In this document: positions 45,200-54,708 of the stretch, in pieces
How positions within the stretch are numbered: the stretch's first letter is position 1
How the letters are laid out: each line of letters begins with the position of its first letter
Assembly: GCA_034430395.1 (NCBI GenBank)
Contig: DAOUEQ010000012.1
Span: forward strand, 6,651-70,650
Source of the DNA: Anaerolineales bacterium
GTDB lineage: Bacteria > Chloroflexota > Anaerolineae > Anaerolineales > E44-bin32
Length of the DNA: 64,000 bases
Direction: 5' to 3'
Notes under the pieces: model-generated
Database searches by the model: none
Told to the model about the DNA's origin: nothing
Seen by the model: the letters and a program-made list of their open reading frames with translations, nothing else
Position numbers and translations under genes: made by a program

Positions 45200-47665
45200 T
45201 CAGGCTTTTATTCTCTCCATTTTGGGATCATACATTGGATTGAGGGAAACCACAGCCGGATAGATCTTTCCGGCGATATTCACTTCCCATTTCCCGCTGG
45301 ACACATACTCTTCATCAATAGGCCGATCAGCGTTAATTTTAAACAGCCCTGCGGCGCCGCCTAAAGTAAATGCGTAAGAACCTGATGTAACATAGCCTGT
45401 CGGTTTACCGTCCCGCAGGACTATTTCGGCGTGGAAAAGGAAGGGTTCCGGATCCTTAATCAGAACCTGGGCCAACCGCTTTGTCTTATCGTCCTCCTGC
45501 TTAATCTTGATGCAGGCCTGTTTACCAATAAAATCATCCTCTTTTTTCAGCTTTACAAACATTCCCAGACCGGCCTCATAGGCGTTATCTGTATTGTCCA
45601 TATCATGGCCATAATCACGGTAGCCTTTTTCCATCCTCAGGCTGTTCAGGGCTTTTAGGCCGGCGTGCCGAAGGTCAAACTGTTTTCCCGCCTCGACGAT
45701 AAAATCATATACATGGATAGCATGCTCGGTGGGTATATAAAGTTCGTAACCGAGCTCTCCCACATAGGAGATTCTGATACACAATACGCGGGCATAACCA
45801 ATTTCGATTTCCTGGACGTGCCGGTAGGGAAAAGCTTGGTTGGACATGTCGGCGGTTGTCAGCGCCTGCATCAACTTACGGGAATTGGGCCCAAGAATAT
45901 TCAGCTGACTGTAGGCTGAGGTCATGTCGGTTACAAAACAATGGGCCTCTTCTAGAATATTTCGCTTGAGCCAAGTTTCAGCATGCCGGTGCATGGTATC
46001 AGCAACCACAACCATAAATTTGTCTTCCTTGAGCTTGGTTACAGTAAGATCTGCCTCCAGAGTCCCGCGATGGTTAAGCCACTGGGTGTAGGTAATCTGA
46101 TTTACCTTGGCATTTACCTCGTTGGCCGATATATAGTTCAGGACCTTACCAGCGTCCCGCCCCTGGACCATGAAATTTGACATAAATGACATGTCCATCA
46201 TAACAACATTTTCACGGGCGGCCTTATGTTCCGCTTCCCAGAAAGGAAACCAGTTTTCCCTTCCCCAGGCATGTTTTTCAACTTTCGCTTCCCGGCCCTC
46301 TGGCGCATACCAGTCCGCCCCTTCCCATCCGCTGACATCTTTAAAGTAAGCGCCGTGGGCGGCCAGCCGGTCAAAGAAGGGTGGCTTTTTCGCTCCTCTG
46401 GCGGTCTTTAAGGTTTTATACGGATAATGGCATTGATATGCCAATCCTAATGATTCAACGGTTCTGTCTCTGCGGTATTGGGGATTGTTCTGAAAGGTGT
46501 GAAGCCTGTCAATGTTAAAACCGGTAATATCCACATCCGGATTGCCGTTTATTATCCAATAGGCCATCAGGCGGCCCAGTCCGCCGCCTATGATGATCCC
46601 GATTGAGTTAAGGCCGGCAGCAACAAAATAATTCTTTACCTCCGGGGCCTCGCCGACAATCGGCGCAAAATCAGCCGTAAAACTCTCCGGACCGCAAAAG
46701 AAAGTTTTAATGCCGGATTCCAGAGTGATTGGCACCCGGGACATGGCTTTTTCAACAAAGGGCTCCATCCTATCCCAGTCGGGAGTGATTTCACCAAAAG
46801 AAAAAGTATTGGGAATACCATCTACATGCCAGGGAGCGCAGACCGGTTCAAACAACCCGACCATAATACCCCCAACCTCTTCACGATAGTACCCGTAGTG
46901 GGAGGGGTCTTCAAGAATGGGCATATTGGGAGGCAGATCTTTTATTTGTTCTGTAATGACATAATAGTGTTCAGCCGCCTGGTTCGGGATATTAACACCT
47001 GAAACATCACCAAGCTGCCTGGCCCACATACCAGCGCAATTCACTACATATTCAGCCTGGATATCACCCTGCAGTGTCTTAACCCCGGTTACATGCCCGT
47101 TTTTCTTATATGTGCCCGTGGCGGTAACTCCTTCCATAATCCTGGCCCCTTTCATTCGGGCGCCCTTAGCAATTGCCATGGTTGCGTCAACCGGGTTCAC
47201 TGTTCCGTCATCCTTTACATAAAACCCCGCCAACAGATCATCGACCTTGGCCAGAGGAAAAAGCTCTTTAATCTCGTTAGGGGAAATTTCCTGAACATCC
47301 ACTCCGCAATAGCGGTTAAAGGCAGCTACGCGCCGGTATTCTTCCAGGCGGTCTTTATCAGCTGCGGCTTCAATGAACCCAATCGGTTTAAATCCTGTGG
47401 ACAAACCTGTTTCAGCTTCCAGGCTGCAGTAGAGGTCGCGGGTATATTTTCTCATTGCCGTGTTGACTTCAGAAGATGAGCCAAAGGTGCACATTAAACC
47501 GGCTGCATGCCAGGTAGTGCCTGAGGTCAGCTGGTCCCGTTCAATAAGGACCACATCTTTGAGACCCATGTCAGCCAAATGATAAGCCACCGAACAGCCG
47601 ATCACACCGCCTCCAATGATGACTACTTGAGCATGTTGAGGAACACTATTGTTTTTTTCTTGCAT
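45200..47665 (-). CDS. FAD-dependent dimethylglycine/sarcosine dehydrogenase-like oxidoreductase fused to a GcvT (aminomethyltransferase) folate-binding domain
   Basis: VVIIGGGVIGCSVAYHLA is the DAO-type GxGxxG motif, followed by TSGTTWHAAGL. The C-terminal 400 aa are GcvT-like (GYELYIP...LRMEKGYR..G.D). The start is placed at ATG 47665 (MQEKNN...). Confidence 0.85.
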   Translation of the reverse strand: MQEKNNSVPQHAQVVIIGGGVIGCSVAYHLADMGLKDVVLIERDQLTSGTTWHAAGLMCTFGSSSEVNTAMRKYTRDLYCSLEAETGLSTGFKPIGFIEAAADKDRLEEYRRVAAFNRYCGVDVQEISPNEIKELFPLAKVDDLLAGFYVKDDGTVNPVDATMAIAKGARMKGARIMEGVTATGTYKKNGHVTGVKTLQGDIQAEYVVNCAGMWARQLGDVSGVNIPNQAAEHYYVITEQIKDLPPNMPILEDPSHYGYYREEVGGIMVGLFEPVCAPWHVDGIPNTFSFGEITPDWDRMEPFVEKAMSRVPITLESGIKTFFCGPESFTADFAPIVGEAPEVKNYFVAAGLNSIGIIIGGGLGRLMAYWIINGNPDVDITGFNIDRLHTFQNNPQYRRDRTVESLGLAYQCHYPYKTLKTARGAKKPPFFDRLAAHGAYFKDVSGWEGADWYAPEGREAKVEKHAWGRENWFPFWEAEHKAARENVVMMDMSFMSNFMVQGRDAGKVLNYISANEVNAKVNQITYTQWLNHRGTLEADLTVTKLKEDKFMVVVADTMHRHAETWLKRNILEEAHCFVTDMTSAYSQLNILGPNSRKLMQALTTADMSNQAFPYRHVQEIEIGYARVLCIRISYVGELGYELYIPTEHAIHVYDFIVEAGKQFDLRHAGLKALNSLRMEKGYRDYGHDMDNTDNAYEAGLGMFVKLKKEDDFIGKQACIKIKQEDDKTKRLAQVLIKDPEPFLFHAEIVLRDGKPTGYVTSGSYAFTLGGAAGLFKINADRPIDEEYVSSGKWEVNIAGKIYPAVVSLNPMYDPKMERIKA

Positions 47666-47950
47666 TGGATTTCCTTCTTTGGAATTTACGGATAGGGATT
47701 TTAATTGTCCAATCATCAAAAAATCAATTTAGCCCCGACCCCTGGATAAAGCAAGCGCAAGTCCAGCTAACCGAAGCCGAAAGCAAGCTTGAAGGAGCAT
47801 AGCGACGCCCAATCACCTAATTCTCGCAAAAGTTGTGCTTCTGGTAGAAGCACCTTGCCTGGTGCACAAAGGGAAACCTTAAAATAAATAACCAATAAAC
47901 GTAAATTTTAGACCGACGTCAATTAAAAAACGCCGGTAAGTACGGATTAA

Positions 47951-48172
47951 TCAGAAATAATCCCCTTCTAACAATTCCAATTCCCGGCTAGGCGACCCGC
48001 GCTGTTGCCTTTCTATCCAGAGCCCACAGTGCCGTAAGATTTTCTCAATAACGTCCTTCTGTTCTCTTTCGACAAAGGAGACAATCCGCATCTTATCCCC
48101 ACAATCCGGGCACTTGTGTTCGGGGACGGTGTTCGGTGATGAAGACCGACCCTTCAACGCAATCCTGGGCAA
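47951..48172 (-). mobile_element. IS91-family (Y2) transposase C-terminal remnant
   Basis: HKCPDCGDKMRIVSFVE..QKDVIEKILRHCGLW matches the conserved C-terminal Zn-finger/tail I recall from IS91/ISCR transposases. The catalytic N-terminal roughly 300 aa are absent. Confidence 0.5.
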
Positions 48173-48270
48173 TATCCAACCAAGACACGGATTGCTACGA
48201 AGGGCGGCTTATCCTAAACATTAGACTTCGTCAAAAATCTGTATACGAATAGGAACAACACCTCTATCCC

Positions 48271-48307
48271 GTAGGTTAGTGGTTCGAGTCCACTCCGAGG
48301 AGCCTTT
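48271..48307 (+). repeat. att-type direct repeat copy 2 (tRNA-Asn 3' end)
   Basis: 37/37 identical to 42205..42241. Confidence 0.85.
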
Positions 48308-48639
48308 ATAAGATTTGCGAGGGCGATTCTCATAATTGAATTGCTTTTTTTTTCCAATCTACTCGGGACATTATTGATAATTTGGTTTTTCCCACTATAA
48401 AGTTCGCCTTATTCTATCCTCTGGTTCATCGCTGAAGAATTCTTCGGCCCTCCGAGTACGTAGATCTATAACATTCACCTTCACATCAGCTCCCTCTAAT
48501 CGACTGTAAATTCAGTCTGTTTTTACCTCCCTTATGTATATAACGGATAATTGATGTGCGCGGACACAAAAAAGAGGAAACTCTGAACGAGCGGGGGTGG
48601 TAAAGCTAGTGATAGGCTTCCCCGGCTTTCCGGGTTGCG

Positions 48640-50079
48640 TTATGCCAGCTGTAATATCAAGGCTGCGATATCAGTTATATAAAAGGCGATCAGTCCCATG
48701 GAGAGTATCATGATGATCATGCTTACCATCCTCTGCCACCTTCCTGACAGAGCAAGGATTGATTCTACTGCCCTACTAAAAAGCACAAGGTAGGACAGCA
48801 AACCCGGGAAGATGAAGATTGCCTTTATCACAGAATGATCCCGGTAGATCAGAGCGTAAAATATCAAGAAAAGTATATAACCGAAGAATACCAGTGAGGA
48901 CAAGCCAAAGTCTGCTTTTCTGACCTGACCACCATCCCTAGTAACAAGACCCAATAGTAACAACCTAAGTTCGATACAAGCGCCAAGAAGTACGATGAAA
49001 GTAGGGGGGATTGCGAGAAGAAGAATCGCTCGTGACAGTGGGAAGAGATTGCTATCACTCGTTGACCAGGTCGAAGGCCAGTTATCGAAATGGATCGAGT
49101 GAGCGCGGCCGTAAAGCAAGGACCAGAACGACGTCTGGAACGGGGGTATCTTCTCTTCATCAAATTCTACGCGGGGATGTTGCATGAGCTCCCCGAAGCG
49201 AAACGTCAAAAAGCCATCTGTGACCGAAAGAATACCCGGTCTGGTAATGGTGGTCCTTGTGAATAGATGAGGGAGTGGTTGAGCAGGTAGGTTGGTAACG
49301 ATCGGTGAACGATACTCTTGAAGGTTGGGGATGTATTGGTTCAAGGGACTGAGTACAGCAATAATGGTGATGCTGGCAGAAAAGAAAATCACCTGCTGAC
49401 TATATTTCCTGCGCTGCTCTCGACCGGTCCAGGCCATTACTTCTAGGCAAATAAAAATTGCAATGGCAGTTACCAAAACATTCGTCTTCGAAGAAATGCC
49501 TAGACTTACCGAAGTAAGGATAATCAGTAAGGCTTTTGTATTTGGTTTTCGTAGGAAATCGTAGGTGTAATATAGGCCGAGAGTTGAAAAGAAGACTGCA
49601 AAGGAATCATTTGTCGCTTGAGCGTGGATCGCCGTCAAGGGGGGATTCAGGGCAAACAAGCTGAATAGGATAAGCTGTTTCCAATTATCTAATCGCATGC
49701 GCCTCACGAAACGCCAGACCAGAACCAGCGTGGAAGTGCCTGCTGCAAAGCTCAATAACTGACCGATGATGTTCAATTTAGATGGGGGAAGGTGGGCAAG
49801 ACCTAGGATTTGTATAAATTTTGCGAAAACAACATGGTACAGCTTAGGTTGGAAGCACTCCCAGCAATCTGATTTTAATGGAAGAGAGCCCGCTTCAATG
49901 ATCACCATAGCGACATCCCAGTGCGGGTCGTTTGCCTCGCGGTTAATGATTGCCAGAGCTAGCCGAAGGCATATGGCGAGGATAAACAAGGCCAAAAAGA
50001 GTATTCGAGTACTTTTATTTCCGATCACTGCATATTCACGGCGGGATGATGGTATGAAGTTGATGACTTCCTCAGACAT
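48640..50079 (-). CDS. polytopic membrane protein, GT-C fold glycosyltransferase-like (GT39/ArnT-like)
   Basis: 479 aa with 10 or more TM segments. The first extracytoplasmic loop has an acidic motif (REANDPHWD) and ...FQPKLYH, reminiscent of ArnT/PMT families. Low GC. Confidence 0.45.
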   Translation of the reverse strand: MSEEVINFIPSSRREYAVIGNKSTRILFLALFILAICLRLALAIINREANDPHWDVAMVIIEAGSLPLKSDCWECFQPKLYHVVFAKFIQILGLAHLPPSKLNIIGQLLSFAAGTSTLVLVWRFVRRMRLDNWKQLILFSLFALNPPLTAIHAQATNDSFAVFFSTLGLYYTYDFLRKPNTKALLIILTSVSLGISSKTNVLVTAIAIFICLEVMAWTGREQRRKYSQQVIFFSASITIIAVLSPLNQYIPNLQEYRSPIVTNLPAQPLPHLFTRTTITRPGILSVTDGFLTFRFGELMQHPRVEFDEEKIPPFQTSFWSLLYGRAHSIHFDNWPSTWSTSDSNLFPLSRAILLLAIPPTFIVLLGACIELRLLLLGLVTRDGGQVRKADFGLSSLVFFGYILFLIFYALIYRDHSVIKAIFIFPGLLSYLVLFSRAVESILALSGRWQRMVSMIIMILSMGLIAFYITDIAALILQLA

Positions 50080-50483
50080 AGGATCAGTCCTCTTTTAATA
50101 CATACCTATCAAGATTTGGCTGGATCCTACATCATCAGGGAGCTTATCATACGGAAATCGATAGGCAGATAACGGGGTGGTATGGACTTGCCGAAAAGCT
50201 TGATCACCAAAATGCGAAATACCCTTCCTAAAAAGGCGTGCCTATCGCTTTTCATATATGTCCTTTCCTGTTGTTTGAATGTTTCCAGTTGGCAATCCTG
50301 GTCTGCGCCCCCAGTTTCATCATCCCTGGAATCTTAATTCGTAGGATCTTAGGGAAGGATACACTATAATCCAGGACCTGTCCGATTTTAATGCATACAT
50401 TCGGATGGGATTGTTGAGCTCAGTGGAGTGGATGGTTAACTCCATCAAGAACTTGTGTACGATAAGGAATTCCCCCTTGTGCA

Positions 50484-50518
50484 GTAGGTTAGTGGTTCGA
50501 GACCACTCCGAGGAGCCT
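50484..50518 (+). repeat. att-type direct repeat copy 3 (tRNA-Asn 3' end, 1 mismatch)
   Basis: GTAGGTTAGTGGTTCGAGaCCACTCCGAGGAGCCT has a single T>A change at 50502. GC composition returns to core values just downstream. Confidence 0.8.
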
Positions 50519-50716
50519 GGTGCCAGGCATCAGGGTGTATCCCAAGCAGGAATGCGCCCTTTCTCTGTGCCCCATTTCATCAAAGTCCGGAATGAGATGG
50601 TCCCGTTATGCATACGCTAAACTCGATTAGATCAATATAATATCGAACACTTGAAGCGCCCGGGATACAACGCTGCACGAAGCTCGACACCGATAGGCAA
50701 CCTGAGGTAATTCTCG

Positions 50717-51235
50717 ATGTTACGGAAAAGGGATTTACTCTGGATACTCGCATACCCGATCTACCAGATCATTGGCACCTTTCGACACGAAGGAAGTCAC
50801 GCACTTGTTGCGCTGCTGCAAGGCGCCAGGGTCACTGAATTTGTGTTTTGGCCGTCTCTTACGAAATATGGTTTTTATTGGGGTTACGTTCGAATTACCG
50901 GCTCGACCGACTGGGTATTCTATGCCGCTCCCTACCTGGTTGATCTGATAACATTTACCATCTTCTTCATTATTTGTATGTGGTTGTTGATCCGCAAAAA
51001 ATGGATTTGGCTCAACCTTGTGATCATTGGCTTGATATCGCCGTTCGCGAACTCCCTTTATAACTACTGGGGCAACGCAGGATCAAGCAACGACGTAGGG
51101 AAGTTGTTGGAAGTACTGCCAACCAATGCCGTTCATGTGTATTTCTTGCTGACCTTGCCGATCTACATCCTGGGTATCTTCATGGTATTCAGGTCTTCCA
51201 GGACAGCACGCTTCATGAAGACCCGCACGGTTTGA
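50717..51235 (+). CDS. membrane protein with HExxH motif (M50B/DUF3267-like putative zinc peptidase)
   Basis: FRHEGSHALVA contains HExxH near the N-terminus, followed by 3-4 TM helices. Confidence 0.45.
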   Translation: MLRKRDLLWILAYPIYQIIGTFRHEGSHALVALLQGARVTEFVFWPSLTKYGFYWGYVRITGSTDWVFYAAPYLVDLITFTIFFIICMWLLIRKKWIWLNLVIIGLISPFANSLYNYWGNAGSSNDVGKLLEVLPTNAVHVYFLLTLPIYILGIFMVFRSSRTARFMKTRTV

Positions 51236-51378
51236 AATCCATGATTAACCATTGCTGCACTTCGCGGAACACTCATCCGCAATGGAACTCTTTTTAAGCA
51301 AGGGGCGAGGGCGACTCTCGGAATTGGAACTTCAGTGTACGCAGACTACAAACCACTCAAAGACAATGGAGGATCTCA

Positions 51379-52056
51379 ATGGCACAAGCAGGAATACACG
51401 GCATGGTTGCTATGGCAGTGCGCAAATGGACTCCAAGTCGGAAATGGCTAATGCTCGGCATTGTTCTCGGCAACATCCTTCCTGATGCCGACAATATCGC
51501 CGTAGCCATCGCCACATTAACCGGAAAATCTACGGAAGGACTACACCGAACCTTTACCCACAGCCTTTTCTTTGTCGCCGCAATCATCCTCCTGGGCTAC
51601 ATCGTGGCCGCTATTACCAAGCGCTCCACATGGAGCAACATGGGGGTTGGATTAGGTGTAGGGGTATTAATGCATATCCTGATTGACCTGTTGATCTGGT
51701 TCAATGGTGTAGAAATCCTATGGCCGATTCCCTCTTGGATCAACTTCTGGGGTGGTGTCACCCCTCCGGAGTGGTGGAGCAAGTTGATGATGCCGACCGA
51801 GTTTCTGTTTTTCGCTCTGCTTTTTCTCTTGTTCGCAAAACTTGCTCGCAAACAGAGCACGGATACGGACTACTTACGTACGCTCTCCATATGGACCTAT
51901 ATCCAGCTTTTTCTTTTTGCAGTCTTTACCGTGCTGGTCTACACAATGCAGAAAGGGTTCATGACTCCCTATGGTGCAATCTATCTTCTGTCCCTTGGGC
52001 TCGCCTTTGCAGTGACAATTAGAATGCGTGAGACGATAGAAACTGCCAAGCAATAA
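51379..52056 (+). CDS. membrane-bound metal-dependent hydrolase (DUF457/YdjM-like)
   Basis: His-rich TM pattern (GIHGM..., LPDADN, HRTFTHS, HILIDL) typical of DUF457. Confidence 0.55.
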   Translation: MAQAGIHGMVAMAVRKWTPSRKWLMLGIVLGNILPDADNIAVAIATLTGKSTEGLHRTFTHSLFFVAAIILLGYIVAAITKRSTWSNMGVGLGVGVLMHILIDLLIWFNGVEILWPIPSWINFWGGVTPPEWWSKLMMPTEFLFFALLFLLFAKLARKQSTDTDYLRTLSIWTYIQLFLFAVFTVLVYTMQKGFMTPYGAIYLLSLGLAFAVTIRMRETIETAKQ

Positions 52057-52082
52057 AGAGGCGGATCATCGCCGATCCGCCT
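52057..52082. terminator. bidirectional terminator hairpin between convergent genes
   Basis: GAGGCGGATC-ATCGCC-GATCCGCCTC is a perfect 10-bp stem. On the minus strand it is followed by TTTATT. Confidence 0.55.
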
Positions 52083-52116
52083 CTCCCATTAAGTTCAGCC
52101 AATACCTGGAGATAAA

Positions 52117-54327
52117 TTAACTCAATTCCTTCAGTAAGCTGCGCACTTCGGACGGATCCGAGAGAAAGAATCGAGCCTTCGACCGCTCGGGGACACCAAC
52201 CTTCACTGTCCAACCCGGATCAGGGACCACTTCGAAGAGCGCCTCATCGGTAACATCATCGCCAACCGCCAAGATGAAATCATACGGTGGTTTCGCGGAC
52301 AGCCATGGATGTGCCGCCCGCCCCTTGCTTACGGTGCTCGGTTTCACCTCTACCACTTTATGCCCCTGCAAGATGTGCAGTGATGTGTTGGCAATATACC
52401 CTTCGATGGTATCGATCAACTCAGCGGCACGCTGAGAACCCAGGCCGGGGTCAGAGCGACGGTAATGCCACACCAGCGCCGCTCCTTTCTCTTCCAAGAG
52501 AGCACCAGGGGTGCGATCGACGAACATTTCAAATACCGGCCTTAATTGCTCCTTCCAATCGTCTGTGAACTCATCATCAACCTGCTCCCACTGGTTCTGG
52601 TCGGCATAGCGGACCATCCCTCCGTGTTCAGCAACGAGATCCATTCCCACCTCACCCAGCCAGGCATTGAGAGTCTCCACATCTCGACCGCTGATTACAA
52701 CCATCGTGTTTTTTGGATCACGTGCGAGCGGCGTCAGCACTGCGATTAATTCCTCGTCAGGTTTAGCCTTCTTTGGAGTGGAAGCGAATGGGACAAGCGT
52801 CCCGTCGTAGTCAAGAAGGAGCAAACGGCGTTCCGAGTCATCATATGCTTGAACTAACGCCTGTTTCAGTTCCCCCTGTAGGCGCTTGGGAAGGTGGAGT
52901 CTGCGCACCTCCTGCACCCTGGCAAGCTGGCTCAGGAAATCATCTGCCCAACGTTCCGTATCATAGCGGCGAAGCCGGGCACGCATGGTCGCGTTGCGCG
53001 CCTCTTGTTCCTCAACGGGCATTTCCAGGGCTTGATGCAGAGCGTCCACGAGCATTTCTTCATCGTGCGGGTTGACAATGATCGCTTCACCCAATTCCGC
53101 CGCTGCACCGGCTGTTTCACTCAGGACGAGAACACCCGTCCCATCCGGTCGTGAGATGAGATACTCCTTCGCCACTAGATTCATCCCGTCCCTCAAGGGT
53201 GTGACCAGAGTGACATCCGCCATGAGATATAGCGCAATAAGCTGCTCAAAAGGAACTGATCGGTAGAGATAGGTGATCGGCACCCAGCCAGGTTGGCTGA
53301 ACCGCCCATTGATACGTCCGATTAACTCATCGACCTGGCTTTTTAGATTCTGATACTCCGGGACTCGCGTTCGCGAGGGGACCAACAACGACAGCAAGGT
53401 CACGCGCCCTAACCAGTCCGGATGGCGAGAGAGAAATTCAGCAAAGGCGTTTAGACGCTGGATAATGCCCTTCGAGAAGTCCAACCGATCTACGGTGAGA
53501 ACAATCTTGCGCTCCCCGACTTGCTGGCGCAACGCTTCAAGTTCATGTTTGACTTCCGGCCTTTCGTGGGCGGTGCTATAGCGGTTAATGTCCACACCAA
53601 GCGGGAAGGTATCTACTTTAATGGAACGATCGCCAACGGTTACTCGACCAAAGTCTTGCTCCAATCCCTGGATGCGCAGCAAACTGCTCAGGAAGTGTCG
53701 TGCGTAATCATAGGTATGAAAACCAATCAGATCCGACCCAATTAAACCCTTGAGAATCTCCTCTCTCCAGGGGAGCATTCGGAAAATCTCATACGATGGA
53801 AAGGGTATGTGCAGGAAAAATCCGATTGCCGCATCCGGTAGTGATTCGCGTAACATGGCGGGCAACAACAGCAGGTGGTAATCGTGAACCCAGATTTTGT
53901 CACCGGGGAGGATAACCTCGAGGACTTTCTCACAAAATCGCGCATTCACATCCTGGTATGCCTGCCATTCCACATGATCGTAATGTGCATATTGTGGGAA
54001 ATAGTGAAAGAGCGGCCATATTGACCCGTTCGAGAAGCCGTTATAGTAGAGATCGAATTGCTTCCTTGGCAGGAAAATCGGAACGCTGCCGAACTCCTCG
54101 GACAATCTCTCGTTGATTTTCGCCTGCAGTTTAGGGTTATCCTCGTGAATTCCTGGCGCCCCCAGCCAGAGCATATCCATCTCCTCCCGCACTGCATTCA
54201 GAGCCGTCGCCAGGCCACCAACACTGGGATTATAGAGGTATCCACCGTCATCTCGTTCCAGGCTAACAGGAAGACGATTGGATACCACGATCAACCGCTG
54301 TAACCTATCATCGGTTTTAGCATGCAT
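52117..54327 (-). CDS. bifunctional trehalose-6-phosphate synthase (GT20) / trehalose-6-phosphate phosphatase (HAD) fusion
   Basis: LIVVSNRLPV...GGLA... is GT20 OtsA-like. The C-terminal LLLLDYDGTLVP...GDDVTDE is the HAD motif I/IV, OtsB-like. The start is placed at ATG 54327 (MHAKTDD...), and the ORF opens at 54423. Confidence 0.85.
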   Translation of the reverse strand: MHAKTDDRLQRLIVVSNRLPVSLERDDGGYLYNPSVGGLATALNAVREEMDMLWLGAPGIHEDNPKLQAKINERLSEEFGSVPIFLPRKQFDLYYNGFSNGSIWPLFHYFPQYAHYDHVEWQAYQDVNARFCEKVLEVILPGDKIWVHDYHLLLLPAMLRESLPDAAIGFFLHIPFPSYEIFRMLPWREEILKGLIGSDLIGFHTYDYARHFLSSLLRIQGLEQDFGRVTVGDRSIKVDTFPLGVDINRYSTAHERPEVKHELEALRQQVGERKIVLTVDRLDFSKGIIQRLNAFAEFLSRHPDWLGRVTLLSLLVPSRTRVPEYQNLKSQVDELIGRINGRFSQPGWVPITYLYRSVPFEQLIALYLMADVTLVTPLRDGMNLVAKEYLISRPDGTGVLVLSETAGAAAELGEAIIVNPHDEEMLVDALHQALEMPVEEQEARNATMRARLRRYDTERWADDFLSQLARVQEVRRLHLPKRLQGELKQALVQAYDDSERRLLLLDYDGTLVPFASTPKKAKPDEELIAVLTPLARDPKNTMVVISGRDVETLNAWLGEVGMDLVAEHGGMVRYADQNQWEQVDDEFTDDWKEQLRPVFEMFVDRTPGALLEEKGAALVWHYRRSDPGLGSQRAAELIDTIEGYIANTSLHILQGHKVVEVKPSTVSKGRAAHPWLSAKPPYDFILAVGDDVTDEALFEVVPDPGWTVKVGVPERSKARFFLSDPSEVRSLLKELS

Positions 54328-54540
54328 AGAGCACCTACATTCTGACTTGAGTTGCCAAAATCTGGACAGATCGTTTTGAGCGCAGCGAGTGGGAGAGTGC
54401 CTCTTTATTACAGCATAGTTCATTTCGCTGTAGCCAAATAGGATCGAGAATCACACACCGACTACACCGAGAGGTTGGTTTTCTTTCTTCTTTAAAACTC
54501 GATAAAATGTCTACTCTGTCGGGAAGCGTTCCCCGATGGC

Positions 54541-54708
54541 TTATTCTTCCGGACCCTCCCACCAAGGTTGATAACGGCGGACCTTCTCTATCAGTTTCTT
54601 CTTCGTCTTGGTGTCTGTCGCTTCTGCTAAAGCCTTCTTCAATAACTTCACTTTCTTTTGACGGCGTTGTCGGCGCCTTCGTTTGCGATCTTTTTCGGTC
54701 AATGGCAT
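54541..54708 (-). CDS. unannotated 55-aa highly basic small protein
   Basis: It is below the track's 60-aa cutoff. The sequence is MPLTEKDRKRRRRQRRQKKVKLLKKALAEATDTKTKKKLIEKVRRYQPWWEGPEE*. GGAGG lies 9 nt upstream of the ATG. It lies directly upstream of, and co-oriented with, the otsA-otsB fusion gene. Confidence 0.45.
   Translation of the reverse strand: MPLTEKDRKRRRRQRRQKKVKLLKKALAEATDTKTKKKLIEKVRRYQPWWEGPEE

Larger units (their letters stand above)
42242..50518. mobile_element. AT-rich tRNA-Asn-associated genomic island array (2-3 tandem, integrase-less, decayed integrative elements)
   Basis: It is bounded and subdivided by three direct copies of the tRNA-Asn 3' end. GC drops sharply (counted lines are 32-38% against about 57-63% outside). 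It contains an IS91 transposase remnant and a frameshifted gene. No integrase ORF is visible. Confidence 0.65.

Noticed and set aside
50150-50290. Short minus-strand frame (MKSDRHAFLGRVFRILVIKLFGKSIPPRYLPIDFRMISS...) that might be a GT2 glycosyltransferase fragment beyond the start of the GT-C gene.
   Set aside because: It is only about 45 codons with no diagnostic motif and no RBS. I cannot distinguish it from chance in AT-rich DNA.
50520-50640. Minus-strand peptide ...LMKWGTEKGRIPAWDTP next to att copy 3, considered as a possible integrase N-terminal remnant.
   Set aside because: It is 27 codons and any resemblance to SAM-like integrase N-domains is vague. No catalytic R-H-R-Y region is present anywhere in the island.
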